From an uncultured Clostridia bacterium (lineage in GTDB: Bacteria > Bacillota > Clostridia > Christensenellales > Pumilibacteraceae), in contig CANPYH010000001.1 in assembly GCA_947588325.1 (NCBI GenBank), positions 20,952 to 84,951 of the forward strand: 64,000 nt of DNA. Direction: 5' to 3'. The notes under the pieces were generated by a model. The model ran no database searches. It was not told the DNA's origin and worked only from the letters and a program-made list of their open reading frames with translations. Shown here piece after piece: positions 8,960 to 19,167 of this stretch (its first letter is position 1; each line of letters begins with the position of its first letter). Made by a program: the position numbers and the translations under genes.

Positions 8960-10288
8960 ATGAACGCATTTTTCGATGACAACTTACTGCTGAACAACGC
9001 TTGCGGAAAGGAACTGTATAAGTCCGTCCGCGCTTTGTCGATCATCGATTATCATTCGCACCTCGACCAATACGCCATTGCCGAGAACCGCAAAACGGAT
9101 AACATCGGGGAGCTGTGGCTTGCCCGCGACCATTACAAGTGGCGCGTAATGCGCATGTGCGGCGTTGACGAAAACCTGATTACCGGCGACGCGGATTGGC
9201 GGGATAAGTTCAGAGCCTACGCGGCGACCTTGCCCATGCTGGCAGGAAATCCGCTGTATTATTGGACGCACCTCGAACTAAAAATCGTGTTCGGGATAAA
9301 CGAATCGCTCTCTGCCGATAATGCCGACGAAATATACGACAAAGCCAACGCTGTGCTTTCGGGCATGACGGTGGGCGCGCTTTTGGAAAAGTTCGGCGTG
9401 GAATATATCGCTACGACCGATGACCCGACGAGCGATCTTTCCGCGCACGGACGGCACGGCAGCGTTTTGGTCGCGCCGACTTTCAGAGCGGATAACGTGC
9501 TTAAATGCGAGGACTCCTATGTGAGCCGACTTGCCGAAGCGGCGGGGTGTAAGACAGACGACCTTGACGATTATCTCGGCGCAATAACCAACCGCCTCGA
9601 CTATTTCGTCAGTCACGGCTGCAAAATAGCCGATCAGAGCTTCTCCGATTTCCCTCCGCGCTATGCGGACAAAAAGAGAGCGGAATTTCTCTTTGCACAC
9701 AGAAGGGAGTTAAGCGACAGCGAAAAAGAGGAACTGCTCGGCTTTCTTCTCGTATGGCTCTCGAAGGAGTATAAGAAGCGCGGAATGCTCATGCAATTGC
9801 ACTTTGCCGTGACGCGTAATGTAAACCCCGAAATTTACGCCGAGAAGGGCGTAGATATGGGCTGTGACGTCCCGACCGACGGGGTGTGCGAGAAGTCCCT
9901 GATAGCCTTTTTATCCGCTCTCGGTGAGGCTGAACGCCCCGATATCGTACTCTATTCGCTTAACCCAAACGACGTCGCCATGCTTGCGGCGATAAGCGGC
10001 GCATTCAGGCGGGTGCGTATGGGCGCTGCCTGGTGGTTTAACGACACCGTTTGCGGCATACGCGACAACCTCTCCAAGATAGCCGAGTACGCTTGCCTCG
10101 GTACCAATCTCGGTATGCTCACAGACTCGCGCTCATTCACGTCATACGCGCGGTTCGACTTCTTCCGCCGCATACTTTGCGACTATGTGGGCGGCATGGT
10201 GGAGAGAGGGGAGTATTCCCGCGAAGCCGCCGAAACGCTCGTCCGCAACATTTGTTACAATAACATAAAGACCCAACTCGGAATATAA
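8960..10288 (+). CDS. uxaC: glucuronate isomerase
   Basis: IIDYHSHL motif, WWFND motif, length ~440 aa. Confidence 0.9.
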   Translation: MNAFFDDNLLLNNACGKELYKSVRALSIIDYHSHLDQYAIAENRKTDNIGELWLARDHYKWRVMRMCGVDENLITGDADWRDKFRAYAATLPMLAGNPLYYWTHLELKIVFGINESLSADNADEIYDKANAVLSGMTVGALLEKFGVEYIATTDDPTSDLSAHGRHGSVLVAPTFRADNVLKCEDSYVSRLAEAAGCKTDDLDDYLGAITNRLDYFVSHGCKIADQSFSDFPPRYADKKRAEFLFAHRRELSDSEKEELLGFLLVWLSKEYKKRGMLMQLHFAVTRNVNPEIYAEKGVDMGCDVPTDGVCEKSLIAFLSALGEAERPDIVLYSLNPNDVAMLAAISGAFRRVRMGAAWWFNDTVCGIRDNLSKIAEYACLGTNLGMLTDSRSFTSYARFDFFRRILCDYVGGMVERGEYSREAAETLVRNICYNNIKTQLGI

Positions 10289-10301
10289 GCAGGAAAGAAA
10301 A

Positions 10302-10913
10302 ATGGAAGTATCGGAAATTATCAAACAGCATAAGTTAGTACCCGTCGTTGTCATTGACAAGACGGAAAACGCGCAACCCACTCTGTCTGCTCTGGTACGC
10401 GGCGGTTTACCAATCGCGGAGATAACGTTCAGAACGGCTTGCGCACCGGACGTTATCCGCCTCGGCGTGCGAGAGTTTCCCGACATGCTGATTGGCGCGG
10501 GAACGGTAATTAACGCCGAGCAGTGCGCTTCCGCCATCGATTGCGGAGCCGCGTTCATCGTCTCTCCCGGTCTGGCGGAGGACGTTGCCGCTGTCTGCAA
10601 GGAGAGGGGAGTTCCGTACTTCCCCGGCGTAGTTACCCCCACGGAAATTATCAAGGCGATTTCTCTCGGGCTTACAGAGCTTAAGTTTTTCCCCGCGTCG
10701 GACTTCGGCGGGCTGAAAACGATTAAGGCTCTCTGTGCCGCATTCCCGTCCGTGCGCTTTATGCCGACGGGTGGCATAAACGAGGGTAACGTCCTCGAAT
10801 ATCTCGCCTATGAGAAAATCTTCGCTTGCGGCGGAAGCTGGATGATGAAAGGTACGCCGAGCGAGATAGAAGAAAAGACAAAACGCGCCGTCGCTCTCGT
10901 AAGCCGCGCATGA
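10302..10913 (+). CDS. eda: 2-dehydro-3-deoxyphosphogluconate / 4-hydroxy-2-oxoglutarate aldolase
   Basis: LPIAEITFRT, GAGTV, FVVSPG-like and KFFPA motifs. ~200 aa. Confidence 0.85.
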   Translation: MEVSEIIKQHKLVPVVVIDKTENAQPTLSALVRGGLPIAEITFRTACAPDVIRLGVREFPDMLIGAGTVINAEQCASAIDCGAAFIVSPGLAEDVAAVCKERGVPYFPGVVTPTEIIKAISLGLTELKFFPASDFGGLKTIKALCAAFPSVRFMPTGGINEGNVLEYLAYEKIFACGGSWMMKGTPSEIEEKTKRAVALVSRA

Positions 10914-10923
10914 GGAGAATACA

Positions 10924-11943
10924 ATGAAAGCGGTAACATTCGGTGAATTGATGTTAAGACTTGCGCCCGAAGGATATTACAGGTTCGTTCAGGCGGATAA
11001 ATTGGGCGCTACATACGGCGGCGGCGAGGCCAACGTCGCGGTGTCTCTCGCCAATTTCGGCATAAACGCGGACTTTGTCAGCAAACTGCCCAAGAACGAG
11101 ATAGGACAGGCGGCGGTTAATTCCCTCCGCAGGTTCGGCGTCGGGACAAATAGTATCATTCGAGGAGGGGACAGAATAGGTATTTACTTCCTCGAAAAGG
11201 GAGCGAGCCAACGCCCGAGCAAGGTCATATACGACAGGGCTAACTCGGCGTTCGCGCTCTCCGATCCGACCGAGTACGATTGGGACAAAATATTGGACGG
11301 AGCGACCTGGTTCCACTTCACTGGAATAACTCCCGCGCTCGGGGATAACTTGGTCGAGACGCTTAAGATTGCGCTTAAAACCGCCAAAGAAAGGGGCGTT
11401 ACCGTATCCTGCGACCTTAACTACCGCAAGAAATTGTGGTCGAGGGACAAGGCGCGTCAGGTTATGACCGAGTTAATGCCGTATGTGGACGTTTGCATAT
11501 CCAACGAAGAGGACGCATACGACGTGTTCGGCATACAGGCGGGCAGTACCGACGTCAAGACGGGTGCGCTGGACAGAGAGGGCTATCGTTCGGTGGCTAA
11601 ACAACTCGCCGATAAATTCGGCTTCAAATACGTCGCTATTACCCTCCGTACATCCGTATCGGCGAGCGATAACAAGTGGGCGGGCATGCTCTATGACGGC
11701 AATGACTGCCATTTCTCCAAGGAGTATGCGGTGCATATCGTGGACAGAGTGGGCGGCGGAGACAGCTTCGGCGGCGGGCTGATATACTCGCTTATGAACG
11801 GTTATGACGCGAAGAGCGCCATTGAGTTTGCCGTCGCGGCAAGCTGCCTCAAACATAGCATTGAGGGCGACTATAACATGGTTTCCGTTGCGGAAGTTAA
11901 TGCGCTTGCGCTCGGGGACGGAAGCGGTCGCGTTCAAAGATAA
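10924..11943 (+). CDS. kdgK: 2-dehydro-3-deoxygluconokinase (PfkB family)
   Basis: PfkB-type fold (GGGEANVAV, DRVGGGDSF) in a hexuronate operon. Confidence 0.85.
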   Translation: MKAVTFGELMLRLAPEGYYRFVQADKLGATYGGGEANVAVSLANFGINADFVSKLPKNEIGQAAVNSLRRFGVGTNSIIRGGDRIGIYFLEKGASQRPSKVIYDRANSAFALSDPTEYDWDKILDGATWFHFTGITPALGDNLVETLKIALKTAKERGVTVSCDLNYRKKLWSRDKARQVMTELMPYVDVCISNEEDAYDVFGIQAGSTDVKTGALDREGYRSVAKQLADKFGFKYVAITLRTSVSASDNKWAGMLYDGNDCHFSKEYAVHIVDRVGGGDSFGGGLIYSLMNGYDAKSAIEFAVAASCLKHSIEGDYNMVSVAEVNALALGDGSGRVQR

Positions 11944-11974
11944 TTTTTTCTCCCTTGGCGGCTTATGCCGCAAA

Positions 11975-12014
11975 GCAAAACAGCGGAACGCCACATCCGC
12001 TGTTTTGCTTTTAT
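11975..12014. terminator. hairpin terminator between convergent kdgK and GH2
   Basis: GCAAAACAGCGG-N10-CCGCTGTTTTGC followed by TTTTAT. Confidence 0.7.
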
Positions 12015-12025
12015 ATATCCGAATT

Positions 12026-14014
12026 TTATTGTTTTTCCCAGCTCTTGTTATTGCCCTTCTTTCGCAACTTATACGACGGGTCGGGCGAATCGACGCGTAT
12101 AATCTCCGCGTTGTCCGCAATCTCGCCGCACTTGGCGGTAAGCGAGTTTTTATCGGACAGCGGCACAATGAATTTGCACACCTTGCCCGATTGCTTGCCT
12201 ATAAGCTCGCCGTTATTATACAATTCCGCACCGCCCGCATTGGTATAGACGGTAACATGCGTTGTCTTACCGCAACGATTAACGAAACGTTTCCCGCATA
12301 TGTGGATAAACGGCTCGTCCGACCAATACGCCTTATAGAGGTAGAACGCGTCCTTGCGGATCTTTCTGTCGAAGGTGATGAGACCCTTGTGGTTCATTCC
12401 CGGTTCGCCGCCCTGGTTGCGTGCGTCGGCGGCAAAGTCGAACATGTTCCAGACGTGCGTAGCCCAAAGATAGGGGCGTTGCTCGATTATGTCGAGGTAT
12501 TTCTCGTGGAATATACACTGATATTCCTCGGTATTATCGCCGCGCTTGGGTTTTTCGGCGTGAAGCCCCGTCATTGCCTCCGCTCCGTACTCGGAAAGCC
12601 CCAACGGAACGGTCTTGTGCGCGCGGTGGAAACGGTCGAGCTTTCTTCCCGCAAGGGAGAAGAAGGGCAGATACCAGCCGTGATAGAGGTTGTACGACAC
12701 GAGATCGGTTACATAGTTAAGTTTGTTCCGCACCCGCTTAATCATGTAGCAGGCGAGGACGGTAAGTCGGGTGTCGTCGAGCTTATGGCACATAGCGTTG
12801 ATCTTCTTGTGACACTCGAGACGGTCGGCTCCCGCGCCGTGCATGGTTATTTCGTTGGATATGCACCAACATACAATGCAGGGGTGGTTGTACTGCTGTG
12901 CGATAAGCTCGCGCATCTGGCTTACGGCGTTGTCGTCCGCATTGTCCATGTGCTTGGAGATGTAGGGGATTTCCGCCCACACTACAAGACCTGCGCGGTC
13001 GCAAAGCTCATAGAAGTAATCGTCGTGCTGATAGTGCGAAAGCCTGACGGTGTTTGCGCCTATTTCCTTGATGAGCGCGATATCCTCTTCGTGCATGCTC
13101 GCGATAATAGCGTTGCCTATCAACGGCCTGTCCTGGTGTCTGCATACGCCGCGAAGGGGGTATGACCGACCGTTAAGGAAGAAACCTTTTTCGGGATCCA
13201 CATAGAAGGAGCGGAAACCGAACTGTGCGCTGACTTCGTCCGCGACTTCGGCGTACTCCGCCACATATACCAGTGAATTATATTCTCCGAGCGCCATAAG
13301 CTCGGCTTTGACTGTATAGAGATAGGGATCTTTGACGCCGTTCCAGAGGTGGGGAGAGGGAACTTCGATTGCAACGTCCTCGCCGATTTCGGTTGCGACG
13401 ACCTTTCCGCTGCCGTCAAGCACGGTAACATGTACTTCGCCCCCGCCGACGACATACGATTTGACGCATACAATGCCCTTGCCGTCCTTGATTTCGGGCG
13501 TTATTTTGATTCCCGGCGAGCCGAGATGATCCATGTCGAAATGCGAGGGGGAGAGGGTAATAAGGTCCACGTCGCGATATATACCGCCGTAGAAAGTGAA
13601 GTCGGCGGTCTGCGGATATACCGTATCGTTTTTGCGGTTATCTGCCAACACCACGAGCAGGTTTTCCTTTTTGAGCGCGTCGGTTATGTCTACGCGGAAT
13701 TTGGAATACCCACCGTCGTGGGTGAACAATTTTTTGCCGTTAAGATATATATGAGCCGTTGAGTTTACGCCTTTGAATTGTAAATACGCCTTGCCGCCGC
13801 GCTCGAGCGGGGGAGCGGGGAACTTTTTGGCGTAACTGCTTACGCAACGAACATAGTCGTTTCCGCCGTCCTGCCCGTCCTTTCCGTTCCAGGTGTGCGG
13901 CAGATCCACATGCTCGCCCGTGAAATTCCGACATTCGTCGGCAAACGCTTTTTCGGCGTCGTCGTTTCCGAGGATAAATATCCAATCCTTGTTAAAGTTT
14001 ACCGTCTTTCTCAT
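12026..14014 (-). CDS. glycoside hydrolase family 2, beta-glucuronidase-like
   Basis: GH2 acid/base motif NHPCIVCWCISNE and nucleophile motif LSEYG. An N-x-K motif (GMNHKG) aligns with the glucuronide-specific N566/K568 of E. coli GUS. I place the start at ATG 14014 (MRKTVNF), which follows GAGGAA. Confidence 0.8.
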   Translation of the reverse strand: MRKTVNFNKDWIFILGNDDAEKAFADECRNFTGEHVDLPHTWNGKDGQDGGNDYVRCVSSYAKKFPAPPLERGGKAYLQFKGVNSTAHIYLNGKKLFTHDGGYSKFRVDITDALKKENLLVVLADNRKNDTVYPQTADFTFYGGIYRDVDLITLSPSHFDMDHLGSPGIKITPEIKDGKGIVCVKSYVVGGGEVHVTVLDGSGKVVATEIGEDVAIEVPSPHLWNGVKDPYLYTVKAELMALGEYNSLVYVAEYAEVADEVSAQFGFRSFYVDPEKGFFLNGRSYPLRGVCRHQDRPLIGNAIIASMHEEDIALIKEIGANTVRLSHYQHDDYFYELCDRAGLVVWAEIPYISKHMDNADDNAVSQMRELIAQQYNHPCIVCWCISNEITMHGAGADRLECHKKINAMCHKLDDTRLTVLACYMIKRVRNKLNYVTDLVSYNLYHGWYLPFFSLAGRKLDRFHRAHKTVPLGLSEYGAEAMTGLHAEKPKRGDNTEEYQCIFHEKYLDIIEQRPYLWATHVWNMFDFAADARNQGGEPGMNHKGLITFDRKIRKDAFYLYKAYWSDEPFIHICGKRFVNRCGKTTHVTVYTNAGGAELYNNGELIGKQSGKVCKFIVPLSDKNSLTAKCGEIADNAEIIRVDSPDPSYKLRKKGNNKSWEKQ

Positions 14015-14047
14015 AATCAAATTCCTCAAATCACCGCTTATCGATTT

Positions 14048-14106
14048 ATTATAACACATACCCGCCGCCCGCGCAATTGCATTTATCTGCCAATGTTATT
14101 GCATTT
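14048..14106 (-). promoter_or_regulatory. direct-repeat operator plus promoter of the GH2 gene
   Basis: Read on the - strand: AGAAATGCAATA (14109-14098), N12, ATAAATGCAATTGCGC. TTGCGC (14076-14071), 17 nt, TATAAT (14053-14048). Confidence 0.55.
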
Positions 14107-14225
14107 CTTTTTTGGGGCGACTTCGGACGGCTAAAATTCCGAATCATGTCGGCGTGTGCCGCAACACTCTTGACAATATGCGCAAAATGTGACATAATAA
14201 CATCGCTTGAACGGGGATTGGCGTG

Positions 14226-14256
14226 AAAAAAACCGCGCCCGATTGTTCGGACGCGG
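14226..14256 (-). terminator. rho-independent terminator of tRNA-Trp
   Basis: On the - strand, CCGCGTCCGA-ACAA-TCGGGCGCGG followed by TTTTTTT. Confidence 0.75.
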
Positions 14257-14262
14257 CGCTCA

Positions 14263-14336
14263 TGGCAGGGGATGAGAGAATCGAACTCCCACCAAAGGTT
14301 TTGGAGACCCTTGTCATACCACTAGACTAATCCCCT
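14263..14336 (-). tRNA. trnW: tRNA-Trp (anticodon CCA)
   Basis: The reverse complement AGGGGAT..GGGAGTTCGATTCTCTCATCCCCTGCCA folds as a cloverleaf. Anticodon loop is CUCCAAA and CCA is encoded. Confidence 0.9.
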
Positions 14337-14394
14337 ATGCCGCGAGTATTATATTATATCCGACAGTGATTTGTCAAATGTTTTGGAGTTTATT

Positions 14395-15180
14395 ATGAAC
14401 AAATGCAAGGTAGGTTTTATAGGTTACGGCAATATGGCAAAAGCGATTGCCGATTCTCTCGTCGGGAACGACCTGATTGACGGGATATATGCGAGCGATA
14501 TAAACTGCAGCGCGGGAAACGGCGTTGCGACTATGCTCGGGTCCAACGCGGAGGTCGTTGCAAAGTCTGACTACGTGTTTTTGTCCGTCAAACCGCAATC
14601 GGCGGAAGAGGCGCTTCGCGGTCTCGACTTCGGCGGTAAAATCGTTATCTCCATCATGGCGGGTAAGGATATAGCCGCGATATCGGGAATGTGCGCGGGT
14701 GCGACGAAGATAGTCAGGGTCATGCCCAATCTTTGCGCCCGTGTAAAGAAGGCGGTCAATGCCTATTGCTGCGTCGGGCTTAACGATGAGGAAGAAAGAA
14801 CCGTCGCGGTGTTCCTCGGTTCCTTCGGTCTTGCCGCAAAGCTCGACGAGAGTTTCTTCGACGTAATAACGGGGCTTACGGGTTCCTCTCCCGCATACAC
14901 CTTCAGATACGCAAAAGCGATGACGGAGTGCGGAGTTAAACATGGGTTGAGCTTTGAACAGTCCAAGGAGCTTGTGCTCTATTGCGTCGCGGCGTGCATG
15001 GATGTGCTTAAATCGGCAAATAGTATGGACGAAATGCAGACTACTATCAATAATGTGTGCAGCAAGGGCGGAACGACGATCGAGGGAATATATAAACTCG
15101 ACGAAGGCAAATTCGACGAGACGGTCATCTCCGCTATCGACGCGGCTATAGCGCGTAGCGTCGAACTCGGAAAGAAATGA
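14395..15180 (+). CDS. proC: pyrroline-5-carboxylate reductase
   Basis: VGFIGYGNMA Rossmann motif and a C-terminal SKGGTT motif. Start chosen at ATG 14395, after GGAG. Confidence 0.85.
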   Translation: MNKCKVGFIGYGNMAKAIADSLVGNDLIDGIYASDINCSAGNGVATMLGSNAEVVAKSDYVFLSVKPQSAEEALRGLDFGGKIVISIMAGKDIAAISGMCAGATKIVRVMPNLCARVKKAVNAYCCVGLNDEEERTVAVFLGSFGLAAKLDESFFDVITGLTGSSPAYTFRYAKAMTECGVKHGLSFEQSKELVLYCVAACMDVLKSANSMDEMQTTINNVCSKGGTTIEGIYKLDEGKFDETVISAIDAAIARSVELGKK

Positions 15181-15596
15181 AAAAGGTACTGTTATACACA
15201 GACGGAGCATGCAGCGGCAATCCCGGAAAAGGGGGATGGGCGTGTGTGCTTATATACGGCCCTCACAAACGCGAATTGAGCGGCGGCGAAAATTATACGA
15301 CCAACAACCAAATGGAGCTTAAAGCGGTCATAGAAGGGCTTTCCGCGCTTAAAGAGCAGTGCGAAGTGGAAGTTTTCAGCGACTCCGCCTATGTCGTCAA
15401 TGCCTTTACCGAGGATTGGATAGGCGGCTGGGATAAGCGTGGCTGGAAGAACGTCAAGAACGCCGAGATGTGGCATGAGCTTATCGCCCTTACGCGCCAA
15501 CATAATGTGCGCTTTCGAAAGGTTAAGGGGCATGCGGACGACGAAATGAACAATCGCTGCGACGAGCTGGCGAGACAGGAAATTACCAAACTTTAA
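15177..15596 (+). CDS. rnhA: ribonuclease HI
   Basis: YTDGACSGNPGKGGW, NNQMEL, SDS.YV and GHADDEMNNRCDELA motifs. ATGA overlap with proC. Confidence 0.9.
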   Translation: MKKVLLYTDGACSGNPGKGGWACVLIYGPHKRELSGGENYTTNNQMELKAVIEGLSALKEQCEVEVFSDSAYVVNAFTEDWIGGWDKRGWKNVKNAEMWHELIALTRQHNVRFRKVKGHADDEMNNRCDELARQEITKL

Positions 15597-15597
15597 T

Positions 15598-16320
15598 ATG
15601 GCGAAACACAATAAAACTTTTTCTTTCGTGAGAAAGATAATATTGATTGTCGCGGTATGCGCTACGGTGATAGCGGTGTGCGCCACGATCTTCAACGCCT
15701 TCGGGCTGTGGGAAAAGTTCCACAGCCTTGACGCCATACGCGAGTGGATGGCGTCCTTCGGCGCCTGGGGACTTGTGGTCTATGGCGCGATAGTGTTTTT
15801 GCAGGTGGTAGTACTGCCCATTCCGTCTACGCTGACCAACCTTGCTGCGGTGCTTGTTTTCGGCAACAGACCATGGTCGGTGTTCTTCGTCACCGTCGGT
15901 TGCACGCTGTTAGGCTCCTTTGTATGTTTCTATCTCGGCAGGTTTTTCGGTAAAAAAGTCGTCGCCTGGCTGGTCGGCGCGGAAAAGACGGAGAAATATG
16001 CGCGCTTACTCGAAAAGAAGGGATATCTCTTCTTCATACTCATGATGGTATTGCCCTGTTTTCCCGACGATGTACTGTGTATGGTCGCGGGGCTGAGCAC
16101 TATGAAAGTGTGGGTTTTCGCAATAATTATCGCGCTTACTCGTCCCGTAATGATAGCGTTGATAACCTTCCTCGGTCAGCCCGTCATAGACGCGCTTGAC
16201 AGCTGGGGAATACCCGTGTCGATAGGAATTTTTGTGCTCATAATCGCCGCCGTCATAGGCGTTATGTTTATCCGCGACAAAAAGAGAGATAGCAAAAAGA
16301 AAATAGAAATAACAAAATAA
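15598..16320 (+). CDS. TVP38/TMEM64 (DedA-related) family membrane protein
   Basis: VLPIPST...GSFVCFYLGRFFGKK and PCFPDDVLCMVAG motifs. Multi-pass membrane protein. Confidence 0.75.
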   Translation: MAKHNKTFSFVRKIILIVAVCATVIAVCATIFNAFGLWEKFHSLDAIREWMASFGAWGLVVYGAIVFLQVVVLPIPSTLTNLAAVLVFGNRPWSVFFVTVGCTLLGSFVCFYLGRFFGKKVVAWLVGAEKTEKYARLLEKKGYLFFILMMVLPCFPDDVLCMVAGLSTMKVWVFAIIIALTRPVMIALITFLGQPVIDALDSWGIPVSIGIFVLIIAAVIGVMFIRDKKRDSKKKIEITK

Positions 16321-16367
16321 TTAAGAACTCGGTTAAACGCTTAACAAACCACAATTAAAATAACTAA

Positions 16368-16407
16368 CAAAACAGTCCCGAGGCGGTTGCTTGGGACTGT
16401 TTGTGTT
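16368..16407. terminator. hairpin terminator between convergent genes
   Basis: AACAGTCCC-N13-GGGACTGTT followed by TGTGTT, with an A-run upstream. Confidence 0.6.
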
Positions 16408-16430
16408 ATCGTTTAATGTTGTTTGCCGCA

Positions 16431-17801
16431 TCAGGCTTTGGTAAGGAATTTTTTCATCTTGTCGATCTCGTCCTTCATGGCTTTTGCGGAAGGGGAGCCG
16501 GGTGCGGTGCGGCGGGCAATGGCGTTTTCGGGCTTTATGACGTCGAAGATATCTTCGAGGAAGTCGCCGAATTTATTATACTCTTCGAGAGTAAGCGTTT
16601 GAAGCGTCTTGCCGTTCTTGATACAGTATACAACGAGCTGACCTATTATCGAGTGCGCGTCGCGGAAAGGCACGCCCTTATTCGCGAGGTAATCCGCGCA
16701 CTCCGTTGCGCTCGTAAAGCCGCCGTCGGTGCATTCGCGCAGTCTTTGCTTGTTGATCTTCATGTCGCCGAGAAGCGCCGTAAAGACGTTAAGGCAGGCT
16801 TTAAGCGTGTCGTAGGCGTCGAAAACGCACTCCTTATCCTCTTGCAAATCCTTGTCGTAGGCGAGGGGAATACCCTTCATAACCGTCAATATGCTCATGA
16901 GATCCCCGTATACGCGACCCGTTTTGCCGCGGAGCAGTTCGTTCATGTCGGGGTTTTTCTTTTGCGGCATAATGCTCGAGCCCGTCGAGAATTTATCGCT
17001 CAGCTCGACGTACTTATATTCGTCCGATGACCAGATGATTATTTCTTCGGAGAAGCGTGACAGGTGCATCATAGCGACAGAAGCGGCGCTTATGAAGTCT
17101 ATTACGAAGTCGCGATCACTGACGGCGTCCATGGAGTTGGCGGTAATGGCGGGGAAGCCGAGAAGTTCGGCAACCATTTTGCGGTCGATAGGGTAAGCCG
17201 TGGAGGTGCAAGCTCCGCTTCCGAGCGGCATTACGTCAATGCGTTCGAGCGCGCTCTTAAAGCGGGAAATATCGCGGGCAAACATCTCCGCATACGCCAT
17301 GAAATGGTGCGCAAGGGTGGTAGGCTGCGCTTTCTGCAAGTGCGTGAACGCGGGCATAACGGTATCGAGATTTTTCTCCGATATCCCGACCAGCCGTTTT
17401 ATCAGCGCCTTTATCAGCGTGATAATATCCTTTGCGGCGTCGCGGAGGAAGAGCCTTATATCGAGGGCGACCTGATCGTTACGGGACCTGCCCGTGTGCA
17501 GCTTTTTTCCGACCGCGCCTATGCGTGCGACCAGCTCGTTTTCGACGAAGGAATGTATGTCCTCGGCGTCGTTAATAACCGTCATTCCGCTTTCTATATC
17601 CGCAAGAATGCCGTCGAGCCCCTTGACTATTATGTCCGACTCGGCAGAAGGAATAATGCCGCACTTGCCAAGCATAGTGCAGTGAGCCTTACTGCCCATT
17701 ATGTCGTAGCGATAGAGCCGCTTGTCGAAATCGAGGGAGCTGTTAAAGCTGTCAGCAGCCTTATCGGTTTCGCCTTCGAACCTTCCCGACCAAAGTTTCA
17801 T
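16431..17801 (-). CDS. argH: argininosuccinate lyase
   Basis: MKLWSGRF.., SRND and GSSIMPQKKNPD signature motifs. Confidence 0.95.
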   Translation of the reverse strand: MKLWSGRFEGETDKAADSFNSSLDFDKRLYRYDIMGSKAHCTMLGKCGIIPSAESDIIVKGLDGILADIESGMTVINDAEDIHSFVENELVARIGAVGKKLHTGRSRNDQVALDIRLFLRDAAKDIITLIKALIKRLVGISEKNLDTVMPAFTHLQKAQPTTLAHHFMAYAEMFARDISRFKSALERIDVMPLGSGACTSTAYPIDRKMVAELLGFPAITANSMDAVSDRDFVIDFISAASVAMMHLSRFSEEIIIWSSDEYKYVELSDKFSTGSSIMPQKKNPDMNELLRGKTGRVYGDLMSILTVMKGIPLAYDKDLQEDKECVFDAYDTLKACLNVFTALLGDMKINKQRLRECTDGGFTSATECADYLANKGVPFRDAHSIIGQLVVYCIKNGKTLQTLTLEEYNKFGDFLEDIFDVIKPENAIARRTAPGSPSAKAMKDEIDKMKKFLTKA

Positions 17802-17814
17802 TTATTTTCTATCC

Positions 17815-19068
17815 TCATTTTTTCTTGCAGCAGGTGGATTTTTTGCATTCCTTCTGCTTCTCGAGAGACTGCATTTTCATTGCGCGTACTTTAGAGGACA
17901 GCCCGAACAGAGTGATGAATCCCTCCGCGTCATGGTGATCGTAAAGCTCGCCGGTGGTGAAACTTGCAAGCGACTCGTTATAGAGAGAGTAGGGGGAAGT
18001 AGTGCCCGCTTTGATGATATTGCCCTTATAGAGCTTGAGCTTGACTTCGCCCGTAACGTATTCCTGCGTAACGTCGACAAAGGCGCTTATTGCCTCGCGA
18101 AGAGGGGTAAACCACTTGCCCTCGTATACGATTGTTGCAAATTTGTTGCCCATATCCTTCTTCATCTCGAGCGTCTCTTTGTCGAGGATGAGTTCTTCGA
18201 GCTGTTCGTGAGCCGCCATAAGTATCGTGCCGCCGGGGGTCTCGTATACTCCGCGCGACTTCATTCCGACAACGCGGTTTTCGACGATATCGACAATTCC
18301 TATACCGTTTGCGCCGCCGAGTTTATTAAGCTCGGTAATGATTTCGCTGACCTTCATCTTTTTGCCGTTGAGCGTTTTAGGCACGCCTTTTTCGAAGGTA
18401 AGCGTGATTTCCGTCTCTTTATCGGGAGCCTTTTCGGGGGTTGTGCCGAGAACGAGAAGGTGGTCATAGTTGGGAGCGTTGGCGGGATCTTCGAGTTCAA
18501 GACCTTCGTGGCTGATATGCCATATGTTACGGTCGCGGCTGTATGAAGTATCTGCCGAGAAGGGAAGGTTAATACCGTGCGCACGGCAATACTCGATCTC
18601 TTCCTGACGGGACGACATCGTCCACTTGTCGCTTCTCCAGGCAGCGATGATTTTAAGGTCGGGAGCGAGAGCTTTTATACCGAGCTCGAAACGGATCTGG
18701 TCATTGCCCTTGCCCGTAGCGCCGTGGCAGATTGCGGTAGCGCCCTCTTTGCGGGCTATTTCGACGAGGCGCTTGGCAATGAGCGGACGCGCCATCGAGG
18801 TGCCGAGAAGATATTTATTCTCATATACCGCACCCGCTTTGACGCAGGGCATGATATAATCGTCGCAGAATTCGTCTATGACGTTTTCTATGTACAGTTT
18901 GCACGCGCCCGTGGAGAGTGCGCGTTGCTCTAGCCCGTCAAGCTCTTCAGCCTGTCCGCAATCTACGCAAACGCAGACGACGTCATAGTCGAAATTCTCT
19001 TTGAGCCAAGGAATGATGGCAGTCGTATCGAGACCGCCCGAATACGCAAGTATGATCTTTTCTTTCAT
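17815..19068 (-). CDS. argG: argininosuccinate synthase
   Basis: [10 protein letters not shown]-loop and [12 protein letters not shown] motif. AAGGAG RBS. Confidence 0.95.
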   Translation of the reverse strand: MKEKIILAYSGGLDTTAIIPWLKENFDYDVVCVCVDCGQAEELDGLEQRALSTGACKLYIENVIDEFCDDYIMPCVKAGAVYENKYLLGTSMARPLIAKRLVEIARKEGATAICHGATGKGNDQIRFELGIKALAPDLKIIAAWRSDKWTMSSRQEEIEYCRAHGINLPFSADTSYSRDRNIWHISHEGLELEDPANAPNYDHLLVLGTTPEKAPDKETEITLTFEKGVPKTLNGKKMKVSEIITELNKLGGANGIGIVDIVENRVVGMKSRGVYETPGGTILMAAHEQLEELILDKETLEMKKDMGNKFATIVYEGKWFTPLREAISAFVDVTQEYVTGEVKLKLYKGNIIKAGTTSPYSLYNESLASFTTGELYDHHDAEGFITLFGLSSKVRAMKMQSLEKQKECKKSTCCKKK

Positions 19069-19167
19069 GGTTACTCCTTACAGTCAATTACTTGACTTTT
19101 ATATTGTTTTCGGATATATTTAATATAACAGTTTTAAGCAAAATAATCAACTGTTTGGAGCATAAGA

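Noticed and set aside
11804-13165. 453-aa ORF on the + strand overlapping the GH2 gene
   Set aside because: It is antisense to a GH2 CDS that has clear catalytic motifs. Its sequence is low-complexity and Arg/Val/Leu-rich with no motifs. It looks like a typical shadow ORF.
19082-19097. Palindrome AGTCAA-TTAC-TTGACT between argG and ruvC as an ArgR/AhrC ARG box
   Set aside because: It does not resemble the TGAAT-N4-ATTCA ARG-box core. The right arm is simply a -35-like TTGACT of a plausible ruvC promoter.
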